This document shows positions 17,601-27,026 of a DNA stretch of 64,000 nucleotides, piece after piece; position 1 is the stretch's first letter, and each line of letters opens with the position of its first letter. Source of the DNA: Aulosira sp. ZfuVER01. Its GTDB lineage: Bacteria > Cyanobacteriota > Cyanobacteriia > Cyanobacteriales > Nostocaceae. The notes below the pieces were generated by a model that was given only the letters and a program-made list of their open reading frames with translations, had not been told where the DNA came from and made no database searches. The DNA lies in NCBI GenBank assembly GCA_034530615.2, contig JAVRCV020000033.1:92128-156127 (forward strand), written 5' to 3'. The translations under genes and the position numbers were made by a program.

Positions 17601-18623
17601 ATGGCAGATACAGACAATGGTTACTCTCGATTAACTCGTGGCGCACCTTTGGCAGTAATGCTTGCAGCGTCACTCTACATCCTGTACCAACTTTTACCAG
17701 TATTAGAACTAGTAGCTATTGCCGCATTAATTGCTTTAGTTTTGCGAACAATGTTGCGGTTTTTGCAAAAGCTGGTTAAATCACAGGATGCTGCCGTTGT
17801 GCTATTAATTGGATTGATCCTTGGCTTTGGCCTATTGCTTGCTACGGTAGTGATACCTAACGCTACATTTGAAGTTCAAAATTTACTAACCACCTTGCCG
17901 ACTTATCTCAATACATTGACAGGAGATGTTGAGCGACTGCGGCACAAATTTACCTTTGTTCCTGACATTTCCTTATCACTAATACAATTGCGGAACTTTA
18001 TCAACCAATTACTAGGGGGAGTACCAGTTTTTTTGGGTCAAGCCTTTAACTTCACACTAGAGTTAGTGGCAACAGTAATTCTAGCGCTATACATGGCTTA
18101 CGATCCTAATTCTTTGGTAAATGGTACTTTACGGTTAGTTCCCCGCCAACATCACCAACGATTCACACGAGTCCTCAAGGCTTGTCGAACTAGACTACGT
18201 GGTTGGATTTTTGGTACAGGAATTGCCATGATATTTCTCGGTGCAGGAGCCGCCCTTGGGCTGTGGATTTTAGGAATTCCGTCAGCATTTGCCTTTGGTA
18301 TTATTGCAGGTTTATTCGAGATTATTCCTTACTTTGGTTCGATTGTTGGTACTTTTTTACCTGCATTAGTAGCACTGAGCATTTCACCGATAAAGTTAGT
18401 ATTTGTTCTCATACTATTTTTAGTTCTCAATCAGATAGATGCTCATATTGTTCAACCATTGGTAATGGGACAGCAAGTTAATATACATCCTGTGATGGTA
18501 ATTGTGACGTTTCTAGTCATGGGTAAGCTATTTGGATTGATTGGGGTGCTGCTTGCAGTTCCAGCGGCCGCTATCATTGTTACGCTAATAGATGAATTCA
18601 CGCTTCAGCAGTCTGAAACGTAA
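17601..18623 (+). CDS. AI-2E family transporter
   Basis: EIIPYFGS and PLVMGQQVNIHP motifs. Confidence 0.88.
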   Translation: MADTDNGYSRLTRGAPLAVMLAASLYILYQLLPVLELVAIAALIALVLRTMLRFLQKLVKSQDAAVVLLIGLILGFGLLLATVVIPNATFEVQNLLTTLPTYLNTLTGDVERLRHKFTFVPDISLSLIQLRNFINQLLGGVPVFLGQAFNFTLELVATVILALYMAYDPNSLVNGTLRLVPRQHHQRFTRVLKACRTRLRGWIFGTGIAMIFLGAGAALGLWILGIPSAFAFGIIAGLFEIIPYFGSIVGTFLPALVALSISPIKLVFVLILFLVLNQIDAHIVQPLVMGQQVNIHPVMVIVTFLVMGKLFGLIGVLLAVPAAAIIVTLIDEFTLQQSET

Positions 18624-18646
18624 GTACCTCAAGCATAAGTGATGAT

Positions 18647-19189
18647 TTACCGACCAAATATCAAAGCATCTAAGGAATAAGCACCAGGGCCTAAAACGGC
18701 GATCGCAATCAACATCACGCAGTACATAAATGCCTTTTCCCAGCTTGGTGGTTCACCTTGTCCGTTAGCTCCTTGATATTGATTTGGCGGAATTAAGTAT
18801 GGATCTTGAGCTACAAAAGGTTTATTCCCCGCAATGTGTAAATAGATCGCAAAAATCATTGAGCAGAGAATAGGTAAGGTTCCTAAGAGAGTCAAAAATC
18901 CCACAATCAGAAAAATTCCGCCGCCTAACATAGACGCAGCTGAGAAAAAGCATAGAAAGACAGGCATTTTTAGAGACTCAGCCCACTGTCGGAGATGGGT
19001 TATTTTCGGATAGCCGTGTAGGATAAACAACCCGCCAACACTAACTCTTAGTAATAAAAGTGCTAAACCTGGGAAGTTGTCAGGATACACATTATATATA
19101 GCACTCAATAGGTGTGGGCCTATCTGTGGGAAATTAAATGCAGCTAGCAAAAAAGCGATCGCTACACCCAGCGCAAATTTATAAATCAT
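18647..19189 (-). CDS. DoxX family membrane protein
   Basis: LLLLRVSVGGLFILHGYPK and GPGAYSLD motifs. Confidence 0.88.
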   Translation of the reverse strand: MIYKFALGVAIAFLLAAFNFPQIGPHLLSAIYNVYPDNFPGLALLLLRVSVGGLFILHGYPKITHLRQWAESLKMPVFLCFFSAASMLGGGIFLIVGFLTLLGTLPILCSMIFAIYLHIAGNKPFVAQDPYLIPPNQYQGANGQGEPPSWEKAFMYCVMLIAIAVLGPGAYSLDALIFGR

Positions 19190-20091
19190 AGCTGCACACC
19201 ACGGGTATTGAGGTTGATAGCATATAAGGATTTGCCTGCTGTAATAAATAGGCGATCGCGTTCCTTACCGCCAAAAGTCAGATTAGCGCATACTTCCGGT
19301 ACGAGAATTTTCCCTAAGCGAGTTCCATCAGGAGCGTATACCTGTACGCTATCTTCCGAACTTATAAAAACATTGCCATGTTCATCAACCCGAAATCCAT
19401 CAGGTTGCCCTGGTTCGATAACTGCAAACACCCGTCCGTTTTTTGCCCATTGACCATCCACAACCTCGTAGACACGAACATGATGCGGCCCGCCAGGAAT
19501 ATTAAATGCAGCTGTATCGGAGACATACAGCAGACTTTCATCTGGGCTGAAACACAGCCCATTAGGGCGTACCATATCTGTTACTACAGGATAAATCTCA
19601 CCTGTTGCTGGATCGAAGCGATATACATAACTTCCAGGCTGTTCCTGTTCGCCGCCATAGCCTTGATTTGGTTCAGCGATCCCATAGGGTGGATCGGTAA
19701 ACCAAATTGTACCGTCGCGTTTAACTACCAAATCATTGGGACTGTTGAGGCGTTTGCCTTGGTAGCGATCGACTAAAACCTTCCATTCACCATTGTGTTC
19801 GCGGCGGATAATGGCACGCAACCCAGAGGAACACGCAACCAGACGACCTTCCAAATCTCGGTAATTACCACTTTGATAATCAGATGGATCGCGTAGGACT
19901 GTTACATTCTCAGCGGGACTCCACCGTAATAAGCAGTTGCCGTGGGCATCACTCCATACAACACTATCGTCTTCACGGATGTAAACAGGGCCTTCACTAT
20001 GAACTGCACCGTTGGCCAGCTTTTGCAGTGAAGTTACTGGAGGTACAAGAACACGCAGGCGATCGTCATAAATTTCAATTGCTTCAGCCAT
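19186..20091 (-). CDS. SMP-30/gluconolactonase/LRE family protein
   Basis: SEGPV, LNSPND, WFTDPPYG, PNGLCFSPDE and PDGFRVD motifs. Confidence 0.92.
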   Translation of the reverse strand: MAEAIEIYDDRLRVLVPPVTSLQKLANGAVHSEGPVYIREDDSVVWSDAHGNCLLRWSPAENVTVLRDPSDYQSGNYRDLEGRLVACSSGLRAIIRREHNGEWKVLVDRYQGKRLNSPNDLVVKRDGTIWFTDPPYGIAEPNQGYGGEQEQPGSYVYRFDPATGEIYPVVTDMVRPNGLCFSPDESLLYVSDTAAFNIPGGPHHVRVYEVVDGQWAKNGRVFAVIEPGQPDGFRVDEHGNVFISSEDSVQVYAPDGTRLGKILVPEVCANLTFGGKERDRLFITAGKSLYAINLNTRGVQL

Positions 20092-20362
20092 AGTAATCTC
20101 CTGTTATCTAACTTGGTGGCTGACAAAAAATCGCCAGTTCAAGTCAATAATCAATTGCTGTAAAGCTGCACTAAATTTTTGTTAACAACTAGATTTTGTA
20201 TAGATTTAATTCTGATTTTATTGATTTATGTTTACCTCAAACTAAAGAAATAAAATATTCTCATTTTAATATTTCAATAATTTACAATTAACTAGCTTAA
20301 TAAAGCCTTAAATCAATTTAGTTCCACTTAAATTCATTGCAATATTTTTCATCATATATGCA

Positions 20363-20383
20363 AAAAATGAAATTAAAATGAAA
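20363..20383 (-). promoter_or_regulatory. TTTCAT-N5-TTTCAT direct repeat (RppA/CopR-type box)
   Basis: Plus strand ATGAAA at 20367 and 20378, facing the gluconolactonase gene. Confidence 0.5.
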
Positions 20384-20585
20384 TTCTTTACTAACTTTAG
20401 ATGAAAAAAATCATAATACCTCAGGTAGAAGAATTATTAAAATTAAAGTTTTAGGCTTAAAATAAGAATCTATCTTTAGAGCTATTTGACATTTCCAAAA
20501 CTTCAAAACTAACTCAAAATATTGCTACATTACTTTACAGAAAACAGCAGAGTGAGACTTTTTTACTCGTAATAAGTATGAAATT

Positions 20586-22187
20586 ATGACGAGCATCACA
20601 GATCGTTACGACATCATTATTATCGGTACAGGCGCAGGTGGCGGGACTTTGGTTCACCGCCTTGCACCTACGGGTAAAAAAATCCTAGTGCTGGAACGAG
20701 GCGACTTTTTACCAAGAGAAAAAGATAACTGGAATCCACAGGAAGTTTATCAAAAACATCGCTATCATACCGATGAAGAATGGTATGACAAAGAAGGTAA
20801 AGCTTTTAAACCCCAAACAGGTTACTGGGTTGGCGGTAATACTAAACTTTACGGTGCAGCCTTAGTTAGATTACGAGAGCGAGATTTTGAAAAGGTAATT
20901 CATCAAGATGGGATTTCTCCAGAATGGCCTTTAAAGTATCAAGACTTTGAGCCTTACTACACCCAAGCAGAAAAGTTGTATGACGTGCATGGAAAGGCAG
21001 GGGAAGATCCAACAGAACCGCCTCGTAGCGAGCCATATCCTTATCCGTGTGTGAGTCATGAGCCGGATATGCAGTCTATTGTTGATGGTATCCGCGAACT
21101 GGGGTATTACCCATTTCATCTACCTATAGGATTAAAGTTGAATGAGAGCGATAGCGAAGCGCTGCTGCTTTCAGCAGATCGCATTAATAGCCCTTGTATT
21201 CGCTGCGATACTTTTGACGGCTATCCTTGCTTAGTACACGCCAAAGCCGATGCTGATGTTAACGCTGTTCGTCCGACTCGTGAAAAGTATGCCAATGTTA
21301 CCCTCCTCACCAATGCTAAAGTGTTGCGGCTGCATACTAGTGAGTCAGGACGAGAGGTGACGAGGGTAGAAACAGAAATTGCTGGGGAACAGCACCACTT
21401 TTGGGGCGATATTGTAGTTGTTGCTTGTGGTTCTGTGAACTCAGCCGCTTTGCTGTTACGTTCTGCAAATGACAAGCATCCTAATGGATTGGCAAACAGT
21501 TCCGATCAAGTAGGGCGAAATTTCATGAAACAGTTGGAAACAGCTATAGTTTCCATCCATTTAGACGTAAATCACGCTAAGTTTCAAAAAACCATTGCTG
21601 TCAACGATTTTTATTGGGGAGAACCAGATTTTCCCTATCCGATGGGTATGGTGCAGAATACGGGCAATGTGCTTGCAGATATGATACCCGCCGAGGCTCC
21701 GCCACTGATGGCTCCGTTTATCAAGCTAATTCCTCACTTTGAGCGCCATTTGTTAGCCGAACGTTCGGTTGGCTGGTGGTTACAAACAGAAGATTTACCA
21801 TATCCAAATAATCGGATTCGTGTGGTAGGGGAGAAGATTCACATTGACTATAGGCCTAATAATATTGAAGCCAGCGATCGCCTAATTCACCGATGGACAT
21901 CTGTACTCAAATCAATCCCGCGTTCTGCTAAACACGTCCTGCCATTTAGTATTTATCCCCGCACTCACATACCAGAACAAGCAGTTGCCCATCAATGCGG
22001 TAGTTGTCGATTTGGTACAAATCCCAAAACTTCAGTTCTGGATATTAACTGCCGTACCCATGATGTCGATAATCTTTATGTTGTAGATAGTAGTTTCTTT
22101 CCGTCAAATTCCGGCGTTAACCCGACGCTGACAATTATGGCCAATGCCTTGCGCGTAGGCGATAGCATAGCTGAACGATTAAAGTAA
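20586..22187 (+). CDS. GMC family oxidoreductase
   Basis: GTGAGGG, VGGNTKLYG, HQCGSCRFG and NPTLTI motifs. Confidence 0.93.
   Translation: MTSITDRYDIIIIGTGAGGGTLVHRLAPTGKKILVLERGDFLPREKDNWNPQEVYQKHRYHTDEEWYDKEGKAFKPQTGYWVGGNTKLYGAALVRLRERDFEKVIHQDGISPEWPLKYQDFEPYYTQAEKLYDVHGKAGEDPTEPPRSEPYPYPCVSHEPDMQSIVDGIRELGYYPFHLPIGLKLNESDSEALLLSADRINSPCIRCDTFDGYPCLVHAKADADVNAVRPTREKYANVTLLTNAKVLRLHTSESGREVTRVETEIAGEQHHFWGDIVVVACGSVNSAALLLRSANDKHPNGLANSSDQVGRNFMKQLETAIVSIHLDVNHAKFQKTIAVNDFYWGEPDFPYPMGMVQNTGNVLADMIPAEAPPLMAPFIKLIPHFERHLLAERSVGWWLQTEDLPYPNNRIRVVGEKIHIDYRPNNIEASDRLIHRWTSVLKSIPRSAKHVLPFSIYPRTHIPEQAVAHQCGSCRFGTNPKTSVLDINCRTHDVDNLYVVDSSFFPSNSGVNPTLTIMANALRVGDSIAERLK
21148..21182 (+). repeat. 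27-nt in-frame repeat insertion in a HIP1 site inside the GMC gene
   Basis: GCGAT+AGCGAAGCGCTGCTGCTTTCAGCAGAT+CGC, adding SEALLLSAD. Confidence 0.75.
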
Positions 22188-22193
22188 AAAGCT

Positions 22194-22694
22194 ATGAAAA
22201 GAGAGACATCACAGGATTCCTTGATTAGTTTGATATTGCCCATAGCACTCATCTTCGGGCTAGTTCTGCTATTGAGTTTGAATGTAGGAGGTGGCGGAGA
22301 GAGCAGAGAAACTACTCCTTTAGAAATAGGGCTGAAAGTGATTGTCGGTTATTTGGCAGCAGGCACAGAAATTGCCGCAGCAATTGTGATTGGTGGAGCC
22401 GTTATCCGAGGTATTGCTTCCTATTTGCGCTTGTTGTTTTCTCGTTCCAAACAACATTTTGATGCTACCGAAGGAGTGCGTCTGCAACTGGGGCGAGTCT
22501 TAGCATTGGGGTTGGAATTCACTGTTGCTAGCGATATTCTGCGGACAGCCGTAGCACCCACGCGGCAGGATATTTTAAATTTAGGAGCGATTGTCTTGCT
22601 GCGAACCTTGCTGAATTATTTCTTAGAACGTGAGATTCAACAGGGAGAGCAACGCCGTTTACCAGAGTCGGAACTGGACAGGAGTATACGATGA
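22194..22694 (+). CDS. DUF1622 membrane protein
   Basis: LGRVLALGLEFTVASDILRT and RTLLNYFLERE motifs. Confidence 0.88.
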   Translation: MKRETSQDSLISLILPIALIFGLVLLLSLNVGGGGESRETTPLEIGLKVIVGYLAAGTEIAAAIVIGGAVIRGIASYLRLLFSRSKQHFDATEGVRLQLGRVLALGLEFTVASDILRTAVAPTRQDILNLGAIVLLRTLLNYFLEREIQQGEQRRLPESELDRSIR

Positions 22695-23221
22695 AATCCC
22701 ATCTTTCCAGCTTAAAACCTTTAGAAGGTGCAAATCGAGCGCTCCGTCGCCGCCTCAATTGGAAAGGTGAGTTGGCATTAGCTACTGCTCCAACAATAGT
22801 CATCTTGAGCGTGTTTGCTCTAGTTGAAGTCTTAACCCGTCAGCGTTTGTTGTTTGCTTCTCTGGCTTCTAGTGCCTTTCTAATTTATCTAGATCCCCAG
22901 CACGGTACAAATACGATGCGAACTCTAGCTATCTCCCAAATGATGGCAGCTGGAATCGGTTTTGTAACATATATGCTCTTAGGTTCGGGCTATCTGTCTG
23001 GGGGTACTGCAATGATTAGCACAATCGTGCTGATGATCCTCTTAGATGTGATGCATCCTCCCGCCGTTGCTACATCCTTAAGCTTTGCTTTAAAAGCTGG
23101 TAATGAAAACAACCTCGTTTTGTTTGGGTTGGCTGTGGGTATCACTGCTCTGTTGGTGGGACTAGAACGCTTTGCTTTGTGGTTGCTGGTATACCTGAGT
23201 CCGAAAAACTCAAAATTTTAA
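22691..23221 (+). CDS. HPP family protein
   Basis: SLASSAFL and MHPPAVAT motifs. Confidence 0.85.
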   Translation: MKSHLSSLKPLEGANRALRRRLNWKGELALATAPTIVILSVFALVEVLTRQRLLFASLASSAFLIYLDPQHGTNTMRTLAISQMMAAGIGFVTYMLLGSGYLSGGTAMISTIVLMILLDVMHPPAVATSLSFALKAGNENNLVLFGLAVGITALLVGLERFALWLLVYLSPKNSKF

Positions 23222-23235
23222 CTAAGGACAGACAC

Positions 23236-23586
23236 ATGAACAACGAAGAAAACTCTACTTCTAACCAAGAACATGAAAATCAAGCGCCATCAAATGCTCA
23301 TCCGATTGCAACGGGATTGGGCGCAGCCGGAGGTGGAATTGCCGGAGCCGCAATTGGTCGCTCCATTGGTGGTAAAGTTGGGGCGGCGATAGGTGGGGTT
23401 GCAGGTGCGATCGCACTTGGCGTTGCAGCCAATGAACTAGCAGAATACGCTGAAGAATTTATTGAAGAACTCCAACCGACGGTAGGCTTAGGATTAGGAG
23501 CCGATCATAAACCAATTGAACTACCCCGCCATTACACTTGGGAAGAATTACAAGCATTATCAAAACCCCAAAGTGATAGCAATTAA
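23236..23586 (+). CDS. Glycine-zipper hypothetical protein
   Basis: AAGGA RBS; GAAGGGIAGAAIG...GAAIGGVAGA. Confidence 0.7.
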   Translation: MNNEENSTSNQEHENQAPSNAHPIATGLGAAGGGIAGAAIGRSIGGKVGAAIGGVAGAIALGVAANELAEYAEEFIEELQPTVGLGLGADHKPIELPRHYTWEELQALSKPQSDSN

Positions 23587-23619
23587 AAATCCAAAATCTA
23601 AAATCCAAAATCTAAAATT
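23586..23619. repeat. STRR heptamer repeat (AAAATCY)n
   Basis: aaaatcc aaaatct aaaatcc aaaatct aaaatt. Confidence 0.85.
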
Positions 23620-23630
23620 GGTTATTAATC

Positions 23631-24386
23631 ATGTTTCCACTTTGGTTAAAAGCAGGTTTTTGGGGTTTAGTCGGCGGTTCAGCACTGCTGTTGGGTTCTG
23701 CCGTGGGTTACTATGTCAAAATTCCCCAAAGAGCGATTGCCGCAGTTATGGCTTTTGGTGCTGGCGTGTTAATTTCTGCCCTAGCCTTTGAATTGATGGA
23801 TGAAGCTTACAAGCGTGGTGGCTTTGACTCAACAGCGATCGGATTTGTGAGTGGTGCAGTTGTTTACACAGCTGCCAACTGGTTTCTATCCTATCAAGGT
23901 GCAAAGCATCGCAAGCGTTCTGGCGAGCAGCAGCCATCAGAGGAAGAAAATAGTGGTAGTGGACTTGCCATTGCAGTCGGTGCATTACTCGATGGTATTC
24001 CCGAATCTATCGTGATTGGTGTCAGTATGATTGGCGGCGGCATTGTTAGTTGGGTGACAGTGGCGGCGGTTTTTCTGTCTAACGTTCCCGAAGGACTTTC
24101 TAGCGCTGCGGGGATGAAAAAAGCTGGACGTTCAACTGCATATATCTTTGGTGTGTGGGGAGCGATCGCCATCATCTCTGGTATAGCTGCACTTCTGGGC
24201 TATAGTTTGTTCAGTCACTTCTCACAAGAAGTTATCGCCGCCACTACTGCTGTAGCTGCAGGTGCGATTTTAGCGATGATTTCAGACACCATGATTCCCG
24301 AAGCTTTCGAGCAAGCCCATGATTTTGCTGGGCTAATTGTTGTCTTTGGATTTTTGGCTGCTTTTGTTCTGAGCAAACTTGCTTGA
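23631..24386 (+). CDS. ZIP family metal transporter
   Basis: MAFGAGVLI, LDGIPES, SNVPEG and DTMIPEA motifs. Confidence 0.88.
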   Translation: MFPLWLKAGFWGLVGGSALLLGSAVGYYVKIPQRAIAAVMAFGAGVLISALAFELMDEAYKRGGFDSTAIGFVSGAVVYTAANWFLSYQGAKHRKRSGEQQPSEEENSGSGLAIAVGALLDGIPESIVIGVSMIGGGIVSWVTVAAVFLSNVPEGLSSAAGMKKAGRSTAYIFGVWGAIAIISGIAALLGYSLFSHFSQEVIAATTAVAAGAILAMISDTMIPEAFEQAHDFAGLIVVFGFLAAFVLSKLA

Positions 24387-24553
24387 GAATTAGAGCTTCA
24401 ACCGTTTGAAGTAAATGGTTAATTTGAGGTGCAACCTGACAAATAAAAGGGAAAGAAAAACCTTTAAAATTCCAAACAAAATTCACAGTTCAAAATGCTA
24501 TATCTTGCAGTATTGATACTGTCTTATTGTTTCTATCTAAAGTAGAATCAAAA

Positions 24554-24574
24554 TTTCATAGTAATTTCATTTTT
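24554..24574 (+). promoter_or_regulatory. TTTCAT-N5-TTTCAT direct repeat upstream of rppA-like gene
   Basis: tttcat agtaa tttcat tttt. Confidence 0.6.
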
Positions 24575-24618
24575 GCGTGAAAGCGTAATAAAAGAAGGCT
24601 TTTAGCACTAGGTTCACT

Positions 24619-25350
24619 ATGCGGCTGATATTAGTTGAGGATGAAGCGGATTTAGGCGCAGCAATCAAAGAAGTCCTGAGTCATGAGGCGTATGTAGTTG
24701 ATTGGTTTTTAGATGGTACTCAAGCATGGCAATATCTAGAAACTGGCTGGACTGAGTACACCCTAGGGATTTTTGATTGGATGCTACCTGGAGTTTCCGG
24801 GGTAGAGTTGTGTAGATGGTTGCGATCGCGCCAATTAATTCTGCCTGTTTTGATGTTAACTGCAAAAGACCGCATGGAAGAGAAAATTATTGGTCTAGAT
24901 AGCGGTGCAGATGACTATTTAGTTAAACCATTTGATATGGCAGAACTACTAGCAAGATTAAGAGCATTACAACGCCGTGCTTCTTATGTAGGCACAACAT
25001 TTACACCCCAAATTCAACCCCGACGCTTACAAGTAGGTTGTCTGACTCTCAATTACATCACACATGAACTTACTCGTCATTATCCTAATGGGGAGAAGCA
25101 ATTATTATCTTTAACTGCCAAAGAATTCCAATTGTTGGAATATTTCATGCGGCATCCTAACCAAATTATCAGTCGCGATCGGATTATTAATCAACTTTGG
25201 GAAATTGGTGTAGAACCAGTTAGCAATGTAGTAGCTGCACAAATTCGCTTATTAAGACGCAAATTGGGAGAAGAAGACAGCGAATCTTTGATAGAAACTA
25301 TTTATGGTGTGGGCTATCGCCTCAATATTCATGCTGCTGATTTTTGTTAA
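24619..25350 (+). CDS. rppA: RppA/NrsR/CopR-like OmpR-family response regulator
   Basis: FDWMLPG, SNVVAAQIRLLRRKL and ETIYGVGY motifs. Confidence 0.88.
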   Translation: MRLILVEDEADLGAAIKEVLSHEAYVVDWFLDGTQAWQYLETGWTEYTLGIFDWMLPGVSGVELCRWLRSRQLILPVLMLTAKDRMEEKIIGLDSGADDYLVKPFDMAELLARLRALQRRASYVGTTFTPQIQPRRLQVGCLTLNYITHELTRHYPNGEKQLLSLTAKEFQLLEYFMRHPNQIISRDRIINQLWEIGVEPVSNVVAAQIRLLRRKLGEEDSESLIETIYGVGYRLNIHAADFC

Positions 25351-25385
25351 CTTGACAGCGACACTTGGAACAAGGTTATAAAAAT

Positions 25386-26714
25386 ATGCAACGCAATCCC
25401 ATTTTCCATCAGACTCGGTTGCGGCTAGCAGCTTGGTATACCCTCGTGATGGGTGGTATTTTAGGGTTATCTGGACTGGGCGTGTATAGTGTAGTTGCCC
25501 ATACCTACTATGAAACCATAGACCAGGGATTGCAATCAGTAGCAAAGGCATTACATCAAAGTATTGAACCTGCTTGGCAGCAACCTGGACATTTAGAGCA
25601 ACTTGCGAAAGAACTTTCCTTAGAATTATGTATAACTCAAACAAACTGTTTGCCGAAAACAACTCTTATTAAGCAACCAATCGCAGAGGCAGCTAATTCA
25701 GTTAATTACTATATACGCTTATTGGATAGTTCGGAAAAAATATTTGCTATTGCCGGTATGTCATTTGATAAGTTACCGATAACCTCACCATCAAAGCGTT
25801 GGCAAATCCTTAAAGATTTAGATGGCACTAGATATAGCCAAATTACTTTACCTCTATATACTCACAACCAGCTTTCGGGTTATTTACAAGTAGCGCGAAG
25901 CCTCACCGACTTAGACCAACATCTTACTTATTTAAGATTAACTTTATTGCTGGGATTGCCAATTTCCATGATTTTTGTTGGTTTGTCAAGTTGGTGGTTG
26001 GCAGGAAGGGCAATGCAACCTGTATATCATTCGTATCAACAAATGCAACAATTTACTGCTGATGCTGCCCATGAGTTCCGCACACCTTTAGCAGCAATGT
26101 ATTCTACTATTGAAGCTGCTATTAAGTTACAGCAAGAACCAAAATCAAATAGTGGAATTTTAGATGTACTCAAACGTCAGAATCGCCGCTTATCTCAATT
26201 AGTTGGAGATTTACTGCTATTAACAAGAATAGACCAAAAACAACTAACAGCAGAATATCAACCTTGCTGTTTAAATGATTTAATTAGTGACTTAATTGAG
26301 GAATTAGCGTTTTTAGCTGTAGAGACTCAGGTAAATCTATCTAAGCAGATGCAAGTTGCAAAAAAACTGTATGTGATGGGAAATGAAGAACAGCTTTATC
26401 GCCTAATTTCTAACTTAATTATGAATGCGATTCAAGCAACACCTAGTGGGGGAAAAGTTACAGTTTTTTTAGAAAATAGCGAGCATTACGCTATTATCAA
26501 AGTTCAAGATACTGGAATTGGCATTGCTGTTGAACATCAAGCGCGAATTTTCGATCGCTTCTATCGAGTCGATCGCGATCGCTCTCGCACCTCTGGCGGT
26601 TCGGGTTTGGGTTTAGCTATAGCTATGGCGATCGCTCAAGCACACAAAGGCAGTATTCACGTTCAAAGTCAACCTGGGCTAGGTAGCACATTTACAGTCC
26701 GGCTTCCTTTATAA
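25386..26714 (+). CDS. rppB: RppB/NrsS/CopS-like sensor histidine kinase
   Basis: TRLRLAAWY, QQFTADAAHEFRTP, FDRFYRVD and GGSGLGL motifs. Confidence 0.88.
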   Translation: MQRNPIFHQTRLRLAAWYTLVMGGILGLSGLGVYSVVAHTYYETIDQGLQSVAKALHQSIEPAWQQPGHLEQLAKELSLELCITQTNCLPKTTLIKQPIAEAANSVNYYIRLLDSSEKIFAIAGMSFDKLPITSPSKRWQILKDLDGTRYSQITLPLYTHNQLSGYLQVARSLTDLDQHLTYLRLTLLLGLPISMIFVGLSSWWLAGRAMQPVYHSYQQMQQFTADAAHEFRTPLAAMYSTIEAAIKLQQEPKSNSGILDVLKRQNRRLSQLVGDLLLLTRIDQKQLTAEYQPCCLNDLISDLIEELAFLAVETQVNLSKQMQVAKKLYVMGNEEQLYRLISNLIMNAIQATPSGGKVTVFLENSEHYAIIKVQDTGIGIAVEHQARIFDRFYRVDRDRSRTSGGSGLGLAIAMAIAQAHKGSIHVQSQPGLGSTFTVRLPL

Positions 26715-27026
26715 TTAGAGATTTGCTTTTTTGAGGTACTGAGCAAAGCAAAACAAATTTTCTAATAATACATTTTTACACTATTCATCCAATTCTGAAA
26801 TTTTTGTTACGCAATTTCTTTGTAATTAACTATAACTTGGGAAAGATGTTTTACAACCAAAAATTTAGTTATGTTGTGTTGTTATCTAGAAATTTTCCTG
26901 ACCTCAGCTTGTTTGAACAACAAGCTAGAAAATTACTAATTATTTCTCATATTTGCAATTAGTCATAGCTGATGCTACTGACTAAAAATATTCATAAAGT
27001 AGCAGACGAGATTGTGAGTAGAAAAG

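Noticed and set aside
26820..26940. NtcA site or Moco riboswitch upstream of the molybdoenzyme
   Set aside because: Only GTA-N8-TAA and a simple hairpin (agcttgtt/aacaagct) are visible, which is insufficient.
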